Assembly (NCBI GenBank): GCA_963799485.1
Contig: CAWCXJ010000009.1
Location: 96,001-160,000 of the forward strand
Source: an uncultured Trueperaceae bacterium
GTDB lineage: Bacteria > Deinococcota > Deinococci > Deinococcales > Trueperaceae
Direction: 5' to 3'
Length of the DNA stretch: 64,000 bases
Below are positions 61,852 through 64,000 of this stretch, piece after piece; the first letter of the stretch is position 1, and each line of letters starts with the position of its first letter. A program made the translations under genes and the position numbers. The notes under the pieces are model-generated. The model saw only the letters and a program-made list of their open reading frames with translations. It ran no database searches and was not told the origin of the DNA.

Positions 61852-63575
61852 GGCTCTTACGAAAGTTTTGTGGTAGATGTAGATGCATCGGGACTTGAAA
61901 CCTAGCGGTGCAGCTAGCAGCATAGAGGATGCTTGACATCCTTTTCCCAGGTTGCATCGTTGAAATGTTCGAAATCCACGAGCAAGGCTTGGTGCTCACG
62001 GCTCGGTCAAACAAAACGGCGGCGAGGTGCCCAGTATGTGGGGTGACGTCAGCGAAGGTAAGCGGCTACTACCGACGGCATCCTCACGATTTGCCCCTGG
62101 CTGGTCACCTGACCAAGTTTTGCCTGAAAGTTAAACGGTTCTACTGTTTGAACCATAGCTGTACGAGAACGACGTTTGCGGAATCTTTCGACCCCTGGTT
62201 AGCACGTTACGCCCACAGGAGCGGACGCCTGAGCGATACCCAAAGCTACGTCGCTGTGATGCTGAGTGCCAAAGCCAGTGAAGACCTGCTCGAGAAGTTG
62301 GCGATACCCGTGAGCCACGACACAGCCCTCAATCTCGTTTGTAAAAGAACCGCAGTGCCACAAGGTACGCCACGGGTGCTAGGCGTCGATGATTTCGCTC
62401 TCCGAAAAAGGGAAACCTATGGCACCTTACTGCTGGACTTAGAGACACACAAGGTGGTGGACGTTTTACCCGACAGAACCTCGGCTACACTTATAAGCCG
62501 GCTAAAGGCCCACCCCGGGATCGAGGTTATCTCGAGAGACCGCTCTCAGGAGTACAAATCCGCTTGTGACGAGGGCGCACCCGAGGCCGTCCAGGTCGCT
62601 GACCGCTGGCATCTACTCAAAAACTTCAGCGATCTCTTGAAGCGTTGGTTCGAGCGCCACAAGAAATACCTCGTTGAGCCTCTGCCAGACGGCGAGTTCG
62701 CAACTGGTGCCGAAATGCCACGCCAGCTGCGCGCCCGCACCAGCTATGAGAGAGCGCTGCAAGCCAAGCTCGAAACGCGCCGCAAACGGCAAACAACCTT
62801 TGAAACGGCTAAGCGCCTGAAAGCGGAGGGTTTTAGCCTGTCCACCATAGCGGCCAAACTCGGCGTCGGCTCGTACGCCGAATAGCGTTGAACGTTAGGA
62901 GTACCTTGAGCCGTTGGTTCGCCCAAGGCACTTATGCCAATAAGCAGCGCAGTCGCATCCTCGAAGCCTATCGACCCTATCTCAGACAAAGGTGGGAAGC
63001 GGGCATAAGTAACAAGATGCAGCTTTACCGGGAGATTATGGCGCAAGGATTTACCGGTGCCTACGGACTCGTCTACGCCTACTTCGCCGAGCTAGAAGCT
63101 GGGATTGGGCTTTTGAGTGCGAGCAAGAAGCAAAACGTTCAACGCTATTCGGCGTACGAGGCGACCCGGTTATTCACACGTCAACGAGCTACGTTAAATC
63201 GGCACGAGATCAGACGGCTCGAGCAACTCTTCAAGAATGTGAAGGAGGCTGAGCTTTGCTATGAGCTGGCGCAACGCTTCGTGTTCTTGTTTGAGCAGGA
63301 GCAAGCACCCGAGCAGACCCTCGCGGCGTTTGACCGTTGGCTCAAAGACACCATAAATAGTGGCATCGACGAACTTGCCCGCTTGGCAAAGGGCTTTAGT
63401 AACGACAGGCTCGCTATCGGAGCGGCTTTAACCCTGCCCTGGAGCAACGGTCCGACGGAAGGTAAAATTACTAGGCTCAAACTTCTGAAGCGGCAAATGT
63501 ACGGACGAGCCAGCTTTGATCTACTTAGACAAAAGGTGCTTCTTGCGGCCTGACCACAAAACTTTCGTAAGAGCC
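61852..63575 (+). mobile_element. ISL3-family element with disrupted transposase (61929-63553)
   Basis: Perfect terminal IRs GGCTCTTACGAAAGTTTTGTGG / CCACAAAACTTTCGTAAGAGCC; CPVC, LGVDDFALRK, QVADRWHL, WSNGPTEG, KRQMYGRA; ORF broken at 62871-62896. Confidence 0.93.
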
Positions 63576-63765
63576 AGTCGCTTCTCGGTTTGGGCTTAAT
63601 TACGCGCTCTGTCCAAGGGAAGTTCGACTCACGCCGGGTGTCGTGTAACCTCCAACGAGCTGCGTAGCGGACACAACGACCACAGTAGTCTACTTCAGCT
63701 GGCCTCAATAAGGGCGGCTGAATTAAAAGAGTCTATCCGATTCAAAACAACTTGACGTAGACGAA

Positions 63766-64000
63766 CTAGCGGTACCGCGAATTCGTGCCCGCATTCCACA
63801 TGTCAGGGTTCGGCCCCAAAATATCTTTTAGTGGTTCAGTTGCTGCGTTTATAGCGTCTAGGTCGCTTTGAGTGAGGGACACGTTGGCGGCTTGTACATT
63901 AGCCTCGAGCTGCTCAACATTTCGCGCCCCAACTAAAACGCAGGGAACGCTGGGTTGCTGTAACAGCCAGGCAAGAGAAACATGTGTCAAGGGATGTCCC
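63766..64000 (-). CDS. Aldo/keto reductase C-terminal part (5' end outside the window)
   Basis: VSLAWLLQQPSVPCVLVGARNVEQLEANVQA. Confidence 0.85.
   Translation of the reverse strand, partial: GHPLTHVSLAWLLQQPSVPCVLVGARNVEQLEANVQAANVSLTQSDLDAINAATEPLKDILGPNPDMWNAGTNSRYR

Overview
GC-rich bacterial chromosome segment whose gene content and promoter style point to the Deinococcota, probably Truepera-like (inference from TamB, sdhCDAB, a variant glmS ribozyme and leaderless -10 boxes). Housekeeping genes (aroF/G, ffh, dps, an M16 peptidase pair, sdhCDAB, pckA, a frameshifted ~10 kb tamB, acyP, trpC, glmS) are interspersed with decayed IS1, IS4, IS5 and ISL3 elements. The highlight is a ~13.5 kb locus (46694-60242), divergent from glmS, that looks like a non-canonical Pel/galactosaminogalactan-type exopolysaccharide system. 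It encodes an Agd3-like deacetylase lipoprotein with Ig-like repeats, a GH114 hydrolase, two TolC-like proteins, a DUF4874/DUF4832 protein, a PelF-like GT4, a polytopic membrane partner and a PelA-hydrolase-like protein. It carries two c-di-GMP-II riboswitches and has no recognisable PelD/PelE/PelB/PelC. Other unannotated signals: a Phe/Tyr/Trp-rich leader-peptide attenuator before DAHP synthase, a glmS ribozyme with extra stems in its core, a 7-1-7 operator at dps, a 37-bp micro-element found in different IS1 copies, an inverted templated insertion that disrupts the ISL3 transposase, and strong over-representation of GCTCGAGC. All family calls come from motif recognition by eye; no searches were run.
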